DNA of 50,639 nucleotides from the sequence record SRR20825006_718; one strand, given 5' to 3'. The notes under the pieces were generated by a model. The model ran no database searches and was not told the origin of the DNA. It saw only the letters and a program-made list of their open reading frames with translations. Shown piece by piece: positions 28,368-36,732 of the stretch (the first letter of the stretch is position 1; each line of letters starts with the position of its first letter). The position numbers and the translations under genes were made by a program.

Positions 28368-30167
28368 ATGGACAATTTGAATTACGGAATTATAGGAAAT
28401 TGTAGGAGTGCCGCATTGATTTCCAAAGATGGTTCCATTGACTGGTGCTGTTTGCCACAATTTGACTCCACATCAATTTTTGCTAGACTATTGGATGAGC
28501 AAAAAGGGGGGAGTTTTGAAGTGCATCCAATTGGGGATTATAACATTGAACAGGAATATTATCGCAGTACTGCTATTCTGATTACGCGCTTTACAGAAGG
28601 GGAAAATGTTTTTGAACTTCACGACTTTATGCCCCGTCACCATAAAATGAACGGAAAATATAAGGCACAGCCGGAAATTATCAGGTATGTAAAATATGTC
28701 TCAGGGTCACCTAAATTTACAGTGAAGTATGACCCTAAATTGGAATATGGACTCGGCGAGACCACGCATTTTGTAAAAGAAGATTTTATAGCAAGTCTTA
28801 CCCATCAAGAGAAGTATGATACCTTGTTCCTCTATACTTCTTTTGACAAGGAGGGGGTTCTTAACGGTGATGAAATAACTCTTAAGGAAGATGGCTATTT
28901 CCTGATTCGTTATAACGAAAAAATATTAAAACCCACTACCGAAAAGATGGCCTTGGAACTGGAGCGGACCAAGGTGTACTGGTTGGATTGGTCTGCAAAG
29001 ACACCCGATTACCAAAAGTTCAAGGATGAAATAATCAGAAGTGCCATTACCTTGAAAATGCTTACCTATGATAAGACAGGGGCTGTTTTGGCAGCTGCCA
29101 CGACTTCGCTTCCGGAAACAATAGGTGAGGTGAGAAACTGGGATTATCGTTTCTGTTGGATTCGTGATGCATCCATGGTAATCAAGGTGGTTTCGGAGCT
29201 TGGTCATAAGAATTCTGCGAAGCGCTATCTGCAGTTTATCATTGATTTGATGCCGGACAAGGACGAGAAACTTCAGATTATGTACGGCATCAATAAGGAA
29301 AAGATGCTGACCGAAATTTCGTTGGACCATCTCGATGGTTACAAGGGTTCCAAGCCCGTTCGTGTTGGTAATGCAGCCTATATGCAAAAGCAGAACGACA
29401 TCTATGGAATTCTAATGGATGTTATCTACGAACAGTTGCGAAACTTCAGTAACGATATAGAGAACGTAGAGGAGCTATGGAGCATAACCAAAGGTATTGT
29501 TTGGATTGTGGGCAAACACTGGGAAGAACCAGATAAAGGAATTTGGGAATTCCGAGGGGACGATAGACATTTTACGTTCTCCAAAGTATTGTGCTGGGTG
29601 GCTTTGGACCGTGCCATTAAAGTGGCCAATATGTTTGGAAAGACACGAAAATTGGAACGCTGGACGGCTCTTGAGCAAAAAATCAAGGACGATATCCACG
29701 AAAATGCATGGAACAGCGATATCAATGCTTTTGTCCAGAGCTATGGTTCCCGTCATTTGGATGCATCCGTTTTATTGATGGAGCCTTACGGGTTTATCCA
29801 TCCGCGCGATCCAAAATATGTGAGCACTGTAAAGGCTATTGAGGAAGGCTTGAGCAATGATGGTCTTTTGTACCGTTATAAAAACGAGGACGACTTTGGA
29901 TTGCCTTCTTCCTCATTTACAATTTGTACGTTCTGGTTTATCAATGCACTTTTCAAAATAGGGGAGGAAGAAAAGGCTTTGGAGCAGTTCGAGCGTTTAT
30001 TGAGCTATAGCAACCATTTGGGATTGTTCAGCGAGGATATCGATTTTAAAACAAAACGTTTGTTGGGCAATTTCCCACAGGCCTATTCGCATTTGGCATT
30101 AATCGAGTGTGCCATTAATTTCTCCACCAAGCAAAAAGATGAGCGCATACTGGAGTCCATCAAATAA
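28368..30167 (+). CDS. Glycoside hydrolase family 15 (probable trehalase)
   Basis: TTSLPE..G..RNWDYRFCWIRD, GIWEFR, GLFSE, GNFPQAYSH. Confidence 0.93.
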   Translation: MDNLNYGIIGNCRSAALISKDGSIDWCCLPQFDSTSIFARLLDEQKGGSFEVHPIGDYNIEQEYYRSTAILITRFTEGENVFELHDFMPRHHKMNGKYKAQPEIIRYVKYVSGSPKFTVKYDPKLEYGLGETTHFVKEDFIASLTHQEKYDTLFLYTSFDKEGVLNGDEITLKEDGYFLIRYNEKILKPTTEKMALELERTKVYWLDWSAKTPDYQKFKDEIIRSAITLKMLTYDKTGAVLAAATTSLPETIGEVRNWDYRFCWIRDASMVIKVVSELGHKNSAKRYLQFIIDLMPDKDEKLQIMYGINKEKMLTEISLDHLDGYKGSKPVRVGNAAYMQKQNDIYGILMDVIYEQLRNFSNDIENVEELWSITKGIVWIVGKHWEEPDKGIWEFRGDDRHFTFSKVLCWVALDRAIKVANMFGKTRKLERWTALEQKIKDDIHENAWNSDINAFVQSYGSRHLDASVLLMEPYGFIHPRDPKYVSTVKAIEEGLSNDGLLYRYKNEDDFGLPSSSFTICTFWFINALFKIGEEEKALEQFERLLSYSNHLGLFSEDIDFKTKRLLGNFPQAYSHLALIECAINFSTKQKDERILESIK

Positions 30168-30169
30168 AT

Positions 30170-30197
30170 AAAAAAAACGCCCCGATCGGGGCGTTTT
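30170..30197. terminator. Bidirectional Rho-independent terminator
   Basis: Perfect palindrome AAAACGCCCCGATCGGGGCGTTTT (30174-30197) between convergent genes. Confidence 0.88.
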
Positions 30198-30235
30198 CAA
30201 ATCCAAGTGGGTTTTCATCCCAACAAATATTTGAA

Positions 30236-32041
30236 TTAGTCAAAGGTATACCCGTTATCTGCGGCAACTTTGTCGGCAATCTGCGTTCTAAGTTCCACAA
30301 CATTGGGTTGGTTTGTGTACTTGGTAAAGCGTTTGAGTCCCATCAACATCATACGTTGCTCATCACCTTCGGCAAAGGAAACTATGGCTTCTTTCCCCTT
30401 TTGCTGGATGATGTCAACCGCTCTGTACAAATACAATTTGGACATCGCTATTTGTGCTGCCTGGGCTTCTTCACCAAAGCGTTTTGCATTTTTCTCGGTT
30501 CTAAGAATGGCCGATTCTGCCATATAGATTTGAATCAAGATATCGGAAGCGGCCATCAATAGCATTTGATGTTCTTCCAAATCGGGACCAAATTTCTGAA
30601 CGGCGCTACCAGCGACCATCAAAAAGACTTTTTTCAGTCTTGTGAGCAAGTCTTTTTCTTCGGACAGCAATTCCGAATAGTCCGGTGTGTCAAAAGATGG
30701 AATGCCCATCAATTCCTCGCCCACTTTTGTGGCTGGCCCCAAAAGGTCCACATGCCCTTTCATAGCCTTTTTCACCAACATTCCAACGGAAAGCATACGG
30801 TTGATTTCGTTGGTGCCTTCGTAAATTCTGGAAATACGGGCATCTCGCCATGCAGATTCCATTGGGGTATCGGCACTAAAGCCCATTCCTCCGAATATTT
30901 GGATGCCTTCGTCCGTGGTATGTTGTACGTGCTCGGAAACGGCCACCTTCAAAATGGAACATTCAATGGCGTATTCCTCTACACCTTTGAGTTCTGCTTC
31001 TTGATGCGGATTGCCGCTAGATTCGCGAATGGCAATTCTGTCCTCGATATTCTTTGCGGCACGATAGCAGGCTGCTTCGTCCACATAGGCGTTGGTGGCC
31101 ATATCTGCAATTTTTGCTTTGATGGCACCAAAGTTGATGATCGGGGTTTTAAATTGAACGCGCTCGTTGGCGTATTTTGTGGCTTCGCTGATGACTCGGC
31201 GCTGTGCTTCCAAACAAGCAGCTGCCAATTTAATACGGCCGATGTTCAAAGCGTTCATTGCGATTTTAAAGCCATTTCCTTTTTCGGATAGCATGTTTTC
31301 AACGGGAACCTTGGTTTCGTTGAAGAATACTTGTCGGGTAGAGGAGGAGTGAATGCCCAATTTCTTTTCTTCATCACCCAAGCTGATTCCATTCTTTGGG
31401 TCGTTTTCCACGATAAACCCGGTGATGTTTTTGTCATCTTCAATTCGGGCAAAAACAATGAACAGGTTACAGAATCCAGCATTGGAAATCCACATTTTCT
31501 GTCCCGTGATGCTGTAGTATTTGCCGTCATCAGAAAGCACGGCCTTCGTTTTGCCCGAGTTCGCATCGGAACCTGCTCCTGGTTCGGTTAAACAATATGC
31601 ACCGAACCATTCGCCAGTAGCCAATTTAGGTACATATTTTTGTTTTTGTTCTTCGGTTCCGTACAGGGTAATGGGCATGGTTCCAATTCCGGTGTGGGCT
31701 CCAAAAGCGGTACTAAATGATCCCGTGGCGCCCGAAATGTAATCGCAGACCAGCATGGTAGAGACAAATCCCATTCCCATACCTCCGTAAGCTTCTGGAA
31801 CGGCTACACTTAGCAAGCCAAGTTCGCCGGCTTTTCTCATACATTCCTCGGTATAGGCGTAGTCTTTTTTCTCAAAACGCTCCCAGTGTGCCCAAAGTTC
31901 CCTGTCCACAAATTCTTTGGTGCTTTCGCGCATCATTTTTTGTTCCTCGTTAAGGTCCTCAAGGGTGAATACATCCTCACACTTGGTCTCCTTGACCAAG
32001 AATTGACCTCCTCTCAGTATGTCTTTTTCTGTTGTTTCCAT
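30236..32041 (-). CDS. Acyl-CoA dehydrogenase (long FadE-type)
   Basis: YCLTEPGAGSD, GQKMWISN, QIFGGMGF, RIYEGTNEI. Confidence 0.96.
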   Translation of the reverse strand: METTEKDILRGGQFLVKETKCEDVFTLEDLNEEQKMMRESTKEFVDRELWAHWERFEKKDYAYTEECMRKAGELGLLSVAVPEAYGGMGMGFVSTMLVCDYISGATGSFSTAFGAHTGIGTMPITLYGTEEQKQKYVPKLATGEWFGAYCLTEPGAGSDANSGKTKAVLSDDGKYYSITGQKMWISNAGFCNLFIVFARIEDDKNITGFIVENDPKNGISLGDEEKKLGIHSSSTRQVFFNETKVPVENMLSEKGNGFKIAMNALNIGRIKLAAACLEAQRRVISEATKYANERVQFKTPIINFGAIKAKIADMATNAYVDEAACYRAAKNIEDRIAIRESSGNPHQEAELKGVEEYAIECSILKVAVSEHVQHTTDEGIQIFGGMGFSADTPMESAWRDARISRIYEGTNEINRMLSVGMLVKKAMKGHVDLLGPATKVGEELMGIPSFDTPDYSELLSEEKDLLTRLKKVFLMVAGSAVQKFGPDLEEHQMLLMAASDILIQIYMAESAILRTEKNAKRFGEEAQAAQIAMSKLYLYRAVDIIQQKGKEAIVSFAEGDEQRMMLMGLKRFTKYTNQPNVVELRTQIADKVAADNGYTFD

Positions 32042-32058
32042 AGTTGCTTAGATTAATA

Positions 32059-32081
32059 GAGTCAAGAATCAAGAGCCAAGA
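32059..32081. repeat. 7-bp repeat array, left arm of the inverted repeat around the four-helix-bundle gene
   Basis: GAGTCAA GAATCAA GAGCCAA GA. Confidence 0.85.
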
Positions 32082-32082
32082 T

Positions 32083-32436
32083 TTACTTGCCTAAACTGGT
32101 TTGAAAACTTGAAATCATTTTTTGTAATTGTTTTATGCTTTGTTCTAGTTGCTCAAATATTTCCGAAGTGATATAATTCTCGTTATGTGCTATTATTAAT
32201 TGTGTTTCCCATTCAAAGGCTGACCCCAAGCTGGTTTCGAGGTAGTTTTTGAAATATTTATCAGAACTTTTACTGGAACCCTCTGCAATGTTCGATGGAA
32301 TCGAAACCGCACATCTATTCATTTGACCGACCAATCCATACTTTTCGAAATCGGGAAAGGTTCTGGTAATTTTGTATGATTCAGATACTAATTCCATGCT
32401 CTCTTTCCAAATCTTCAATTTTTTGAAATTATGCAT
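32083..32436 (-). CDS. Four helix bundle protein (23S rRNA-IVP / TIGR02436-like family)
   Basis: FKKLKIW, FPDFEKYGL..QM.R.AVSIPSNIAEG, GSAFE.ETQL; 117 aa. Confidence 0.93.
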   Translation of the reverse strand: MHNFKKLKIWKESMELVSESYKITRTFPDFEKYGLVGQMNRCAVSIPSNIAEGSSKSSDKYFKNYLETSLGSAFEWETQLIIAHNENYITSEIFEQLEQSIKQLQKMISSFQTSLGK

Positions 32437-32441
32437 TCCAG

Positions 32442-32474
32442 TCTTGATTCTTGAATCCTAACATCCTGTATCTT
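32442..32474. repeat. 7-bp repeat array, right arm of the inverted repeat around the four-helix-bundle gene
   Basis: TCTTGAT TCTTGAA TCCTAACA TCCTGTA TCTT; 32442-32457 matches the reverse complement of 32059-32074 at 15/16. Confidence 0.85.
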
Positions 32475-33663
32475 AAGAAAGGAACTCGAATATACCCGCG
32501 GCACCCTGACCTGTACCTACGCACATGGTGACCATCCCGTATTTACCTTTCATGTCCCGCTTTCTCATTTCATCAAAAAGCTGAACGGACAATTTGGCCC
32601 CGGTACATCCCAAGGGGTGGCCTAGTGCGATTGCGCCTCCATTTACGTTCACGATTTCTTGATTCAATCCAAGTTCTCGGATAACGGCCAACGATTGCGA
32701 TGCAAAGGCTTCGTTCAATTCAATAAGGTCTATTTGGTCCTGCTTCATTCCGGCTTGCTTTAGTGCTTTTGGGATGGCTTTTACAGGCCCTATTCCCATA
32801 ATTCTTGGTTCTACCCCTGCTGCAGCGTAGTTGACCAACCTTGCAATGGGTTCCAAATTGAGTTCTTTGACCATTTCTTCGCTCATCACCATGACAAAGG
32901 CCGCTCCATCGCTCATTTGTGATGAATTTCCTGCGGTTACGCTACCTCCTTCCGCAAAAACCGGTCTTAGTTTGTTCAATGTAGGGATATTGGTCCCTTT
33001 TCTTGGTCCTTCGTCTTTGTTTACGGTGTAGTTTTTGGTTTCTTTTTTGCCAGCTTCGTTCACAAACGTGTGTTCGACTTCAATGGGTACGATTTGATCT
33101 TGAAAACGACCTTCCTCTTGGGCTTTTAACGCTTTCATATGGGAATTGTAGGCAAAAACATCTTGATCCTCCCGGGAAACCTTGAATTGTTTGGCCACGG
33201 CTTCTGCGGTAAGCCCCATGCCCCAATAATAATCTTCATGGCCTTCTTTGGCCGTAGCGTAATCTGGGGTAGGTTTATACCCGCCCATGGGGATGTAGCT
33301 CATGCTTTCGGCACCGCCTGCGATGATGCAATCTGCCATTCCCGCCTGGATTTTGGCTGTGGCAATCCCTATCGTTTCCAACCCTGAGGCACAATAGCGG
33401 TTCACGGTCACCCCGGGTACATCGTCAATGTCCAGACCCATAAGAGAGATAAGTCTTCCCATGTTCAAACCTTGCTCGGCTTCGGGCATCGCATTTCCCA
33501 CGATAACGTCGTCAATACGTTTTTTGTCCAATTGAGGAAGCTCTTTCATGATGTGTTCTATGGTTTCGGCAGCCAGTTCATCTGGACGCTTAAACCTGAA
33601 CAGTCCTTTTGGAGCTTTGCCCACGGCTGTTCTATATCCTTTTACTATGTATGCTGTTTTCAT
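32473..33663 (-). CDS. Acetyl-CoA C-acyltransferase (3-ketoacyl-CoA thiolase)
   Basis: [32 protein letters not shown]. Confidence 0.96.
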   Translation of the reverse strand: MKTAYIVKGYRTAVGKAPKGLFRFKRPDELAAETIEHIMKELPQLDKKRIDDVIVGNAMPEAEQGLNMGRLISLMGLDIDDVPGVTVNRYCASGLETIGIATAKIQAGMADCIIAGGAESMSYIPMGGYKPTPDYATAKEGHEDYYWGMGLTAEAVAKQFKVSREDQDVFAYNSHMKALKAQEEGRFQDQIVPIEVEHTFVNEAGKKETKNYTVNKDEGPRKGTNIPTLNKLRPVFAEGGSVTAGNSSQMSDGAAFVMVMSEEMVKELNLEPIARLVNYAAAGVEPRIMGIGPVKAIPKALKQAGMKQDQIDLIELNEAFASQSLAVIRELGLNQEIVNVNGGAIALGHPLGCTGAKLSVQLFDEMRKRDMKGKYGMVTMCVGTGQGAAGIFEFLS

Positions 33664-33681
33664 TTTTTCTTTTGATTTTTG

Positions 33682-33740
33682 GATTCAAGGACCAAGAGTC
33701 AGGATTTTGGGTCTTGGCTCTTTTGTCTTGATTCTTGTGT
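33682..33740. repeat. Gene-less inverted array of the same 7-bp repeat family
   Basis: GATTCAA GGACCAA GAGTCAG GA / 7-nt spacer / TCTTGGC TCTTTTG TCTTGAT TCTTGTG. Confidence 0.8.
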
Positions 33741-36146
33741 CTAGTTCCTCAACGGTTTTCCTGTTTTCAACATATGCTGGATGCGTTCCAAAGTCTTTCT
33801 TTCGGTACAAAGGGATAGAAATGCTTCTCTTTCCAAATCCAAAAGATATTGTTCGGTTACCATTGTAGCTTCCGAAAGGTCGCCGCCGGCCATTACATAG
33901 GCCAGTTTGTCGGCAATCTTTTTGTCGTGTTCAGAAATGTAATGTCCAGCTTCCATAGAGTCTGTTCCTACCAAGAACATACCCAAAGCTTGTTTTCCAA
34001 GCACCTTAACGTCCTTGCGTTTGACGGGTTTGGTATAGCCTGCGTCTGCCATTAGTTTGGCATACGCTTTCGCTGTTGCGATTTGACGGTCTTTATTGAC
34101 CACAACAACATCTTTGCCTTTTTGTAAGATCCCCAAATCAAATGCTTCATAGGCCGATGTGGACACTTTGGCCATTCCGATGGTGAGGAAATACTCTTGA
34201 AGCACGTTGAGCTCCACATCGTTTTTCCTGAAAGTATCAGAAGCCCGAAGCGCCATTTCCTTGGAACCGCCTCCACCTGGAATTACACCTACGCCGAATT
34301 CAACCAAACCAATATAGGTTTCGGCCGCTGCCACCACCTTATCCGCATGTAGTGAAAGTTCGCAACCACCGCCCAAGCACATACCGTGCGGAGCAGAAAC
34401 TGTTGGGATGGAGGAATATCGCATACGCATCATGGTGTCTTGGAACATTTTGATGGCCATGTTCAGCTCATCATATTCTTGTTCCACGGCCATCATAAAA
34501 ATCATTCCGATGTTGGCTCCAACGGAAAAATTCGCAGCTTGGTTACCAACGACCAGTCCTGCAAAATCTTTTTCGGCAAGGTCCACGGCTTTGTTCAAAC
34601 CGGCCAGTACATCCCCGCCAATGGTGTTCATTTTGGATTGGAATTCACAGTTCAGGATTCCATCGCCCAAATCTTCAATCACAACACCACTGTTTTTGAA
34701 GACTTCTTTTGTTTTTCTGATGTTGTCCAAAATGATGAAGGCATCCTGACCTGGAACTTTTTCCATGGCCTTTTTTGGAATGTCGTAGAAGTAGGTGTTG
34801 CCCTCCTTCACGGTGTAGAAGGAATTAATACCTGCTCCTTTCATTTCGGATACCCATGGAGCGGCTTCCAAACCTTCGGCCTTAATGAATTCAAGACCTT
34901 TTTCGAGCCCTACGGCATCCCAAATTTGGAAAGGTCCGTGCTCCCAGCCGAAACCAGCCTTCATGGCATCATCTATCTTGTATAACTCATCCGTGATTTC
35001 TGGAATACGATGGGTAACATAGGCAAAAAGTGCTCCGAAGCTCTTTCGGTAGAACTCTCCGGCTTTATCTTTTCCATCTACCAAAACCGGAAAACGGTCA
35101 ATTACCTTGTCTATGGTTTTGGTAAGCTCTAGAGTGGCGAATTTTGCACTCTTTTTGGAACGGTATTCCATGGTGTCCAAATCCAATGTTAGGATTTCGC
35201 TCTTACCATCGTCTCCCTTGACTTTTTTGTAGAACCCTTGTCCAGTTTTACTTCCCAACCATTTGTTGTCCATCATGGTTTGTATGAAATCGGGCAATTG
35301 GAACAGTTCGTGACGTTCATCGTCCTTGCAGTTTTCACTGATTCCATTGGCCACGTGCACAAGGGTATCCAATCCAACCACATCCACGGTTCGGAAGGTA
35401 GCGGATTTGGGTCTGCCTATTACAGGGCCGGTCAATTTGTCGACTTCCTCCACCGTCATCTCCATTTCTTTTACGGCGTGGAAAAGACTTTGAATACTGA
35501 AGATTCCGATCCTGTTTCCAATAAAGGCAGGTGTATCCTTGGCCACCACAGATGTTTTGCCCAAGTATTGTTCACCATATCCATTCAAAAAGTCCAGAAC
35601 CTCTTGGGAAGTTTTCGGACCAGGAATAATTTCGAATAGCTTCAAATACCGGGCTGGATTAAAAAAGTGTGTTCCACAGAAATGTTTCTGGAAATCATCA
35701 CTTCTTCCTTCGCTCATAAAGCGGATGGGAATACCTGATGTGTTCGAAGTGATCAAAGTTCCAGGGGAACGGTGTTTGTCTAAATTCTCAAACACTTGTT
35801 TTTTGATGTCCAACCGTTCCACGACCACTTCAATGATCCAATCCACATCGGCCACTTTGGAAATATCATCTTCCATATTTCCGGTGGTGATGCGATCGGC
35901 AAAGCTTTTGTGATAAATAGGGGAGGGTTTGGATTTTAGGGCGGAAGCCAGAGATTCGTTAACCAAGCGGTTACGTACCGCTTTATCTTCCAAAGTAAGC
36001 CCTTGGGCTTTTTCTTTCTCCGTGAGTTCACGCGGAACAATGTCCAATAAAAGGACTTCGACCCCAATATTCGCAAAATGACATGCAATGCCACTTCCCA
36101 TTATTCCGGAACCGATTACGGCAACTTTGTTTATATGCCTTTTCAT
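33741..36146 (-). CDS. 3-hydroxyacyl-CoA dehydrogenase/enoyl-CoA hydratase (FadN-type)
   Basis: GSGIMGSG Rossmann motif, SNTSG, HFFNP, crotonase GGGCE, C-terminal GKPLRN. Confidence 0.95.
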   Translation of the reverse strand: MKRHINKVAVIGSGIMGSGIACHFANIGVEVLLLDIVPRELTEKEKAQGLTLEDKAVRNRLVNESLASALKSKPSPIYHKSFADRITTGNMEDDISKVADVDWIIEVVVERLDIKKQVFENLDKHRSPGTLITSNTSGIPIRFMSEGRSDDFQKHFCGTHFFNPARYLKLFEIIPGPKTSQEVLDFLNGYGEQYLGKTSVVAKDTPAFIGNRIGIFSIQSLFHAVKEMEMTVEEVDKLTGPVIGRPKSATFRTVDVVGLDTLVHVANGISENCKDDERHELFQLPDFIQTMMDNKWLGSKTGQGFYKKVKGDDGKSEILTLDLDTMEYRSKKSAKFATLELTKTIDKVIDRFPVLVDGKDKAGEFYRKSFGALFAYVTHRIPEITDELYKIDDAMKAGFGWEHGPFQIWDAVGLEKGLEFIKAEGLEAAPWVSEMKGAGINSFYTVKEGNTYFYDIPKKAMEKVPGQDAFIILDNIRKTKEVFKNSGVVIEDLGDGILNCEFQSKMNTIGGDVLAGLNKAVDLAEKDFAGLVVGNQAANFSVGANIGMIFMMAVEQEYDELNMAIKMFQDTMMRMRYSSIPTVSAPHGMCLGGGCELSLHADKVVAAAETYIGLVEFGVGVIPGGGGSKEMALRASDTFRKNDVELNVLQEYFLTIGMAKVSTSAYEAFDLGILQKGKDVVVVNKDRQIATAKAYAKLMADAGYTKPVKRKDVKVLGKQALGMFLVGTDSMEAGHYISEHDKKIADKLAYVMAGGDLSEATMVTEQYLLDLEREAFLSLCTERKTLERIQHMLKTGKPLRN

Positions 36147-36161
36147 GTGCGAGTTTGTGAT

Positions 36162-36611
36162 TTAATTATTAGTTGTTTTTGTATAGATTTTTTTATCTGT
36201 AATCAGTTTGTTAATCGTGTCAATGACGCTGAAAAAACCGGTTAAATCCTCTTGGGAAACGTGCTCTTCGACCACTTCATTGAAACGCAATACCACTTCT
36301 TTGGATTCCTCCCTTTTTTCGAGCCCCAGCGGTGTCAAAAAAATAAGGACGCCACGTCCGTCTTTGGGATTGCGCTTTCGCTCAATGTAGCCTCTTTGCT
36401 CAATATTTTTTAAGATCCGGGACAAACTAGTTGATTCCATTCCCATTTTGGGGCCCAGGGTGGTACTTGGTGTACCTCCTTTTGGGGCGATGCTCAGTAA
36501 GGTAAATCCAATGGCCATTGTAAGCCCGTAGTTTTTCGCTTCCTCATTGTACATTTTGCTAACCGCCTGCCAGGTTGCCCTCAGGGCGTGATCAATGGTC
36601 AAATCTTTCAT
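36162..36611 (-). CDS. MarR-family transcriptional regulator
   Basis: SLSRILKNIE.RGYIER...DGRGV...LTPLG. Confidence 0.92.
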   Translation of the reverse strand: MKDLTIDHALRATWQAVSKMYNEEAKNYGLTMAIGFTLLSIAPKGGTPSTTLGPKMGMESTSLSRILKNIEQRGYIERKRNPKDGRGVLIFLTPLGLEKREESKEVVLRFNEVVEEHVSQEDLTGFFSVIDTINKLITDKKIYTKTTNN

Positions 36612-36630
36612 AGAACTCGTTTGGTATTCT

Positions 36631-36667
36631 CAAATATATAAAAATTTATTATGCATGCATAATAAAT
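36631..36667 (-). promoter_or_regulatory. marR-fad operon promoter (-7 TATATTTG) with a 24-bp palindromic operator
   Basis: CAAATATA at 36631-36638; ATTTATTATGCATGCATAATAAAT at 36644-36667 is a perfect palindrome. Confidence 0.72.
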
Positions 36668-36683
36668 CAGATTAAATAATGGC

Positions 36684-36708
36684 AAAAAAAAGCCTGCAAA
36701 TCGCAGGC
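36684..36708 (-). terminator. Rho-independent terminator of the acyl-CoA ligase gene
   Basis: GCCTGC-aaatc-GCAGGC preceded by A8. Confidence 0.75.
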
Positions 36709-36732
36709 CATTCATTTTATAAAATGTTGTGG

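Noticed and set aside
28343-28368. TAAACC upstream of GH15 as a further target of the terminal ECF sigma
   Set aside because: GTCA is absent at the 16-nt spacing.
32083-32436. Diversity-generating retroelement suggested by the Avd-like fold
   Set aside because: No reverse transcriptase and no template/variable repeat pair with adenine-specific mismatches is visible in the window.
30270-35913. Antisense ORFs (for example 30566-31291, 34386-34985) opposite the beta-oxidation genes
   Set aside because: Codon-bias shadows of conserved genes with no independent evidence of coding.
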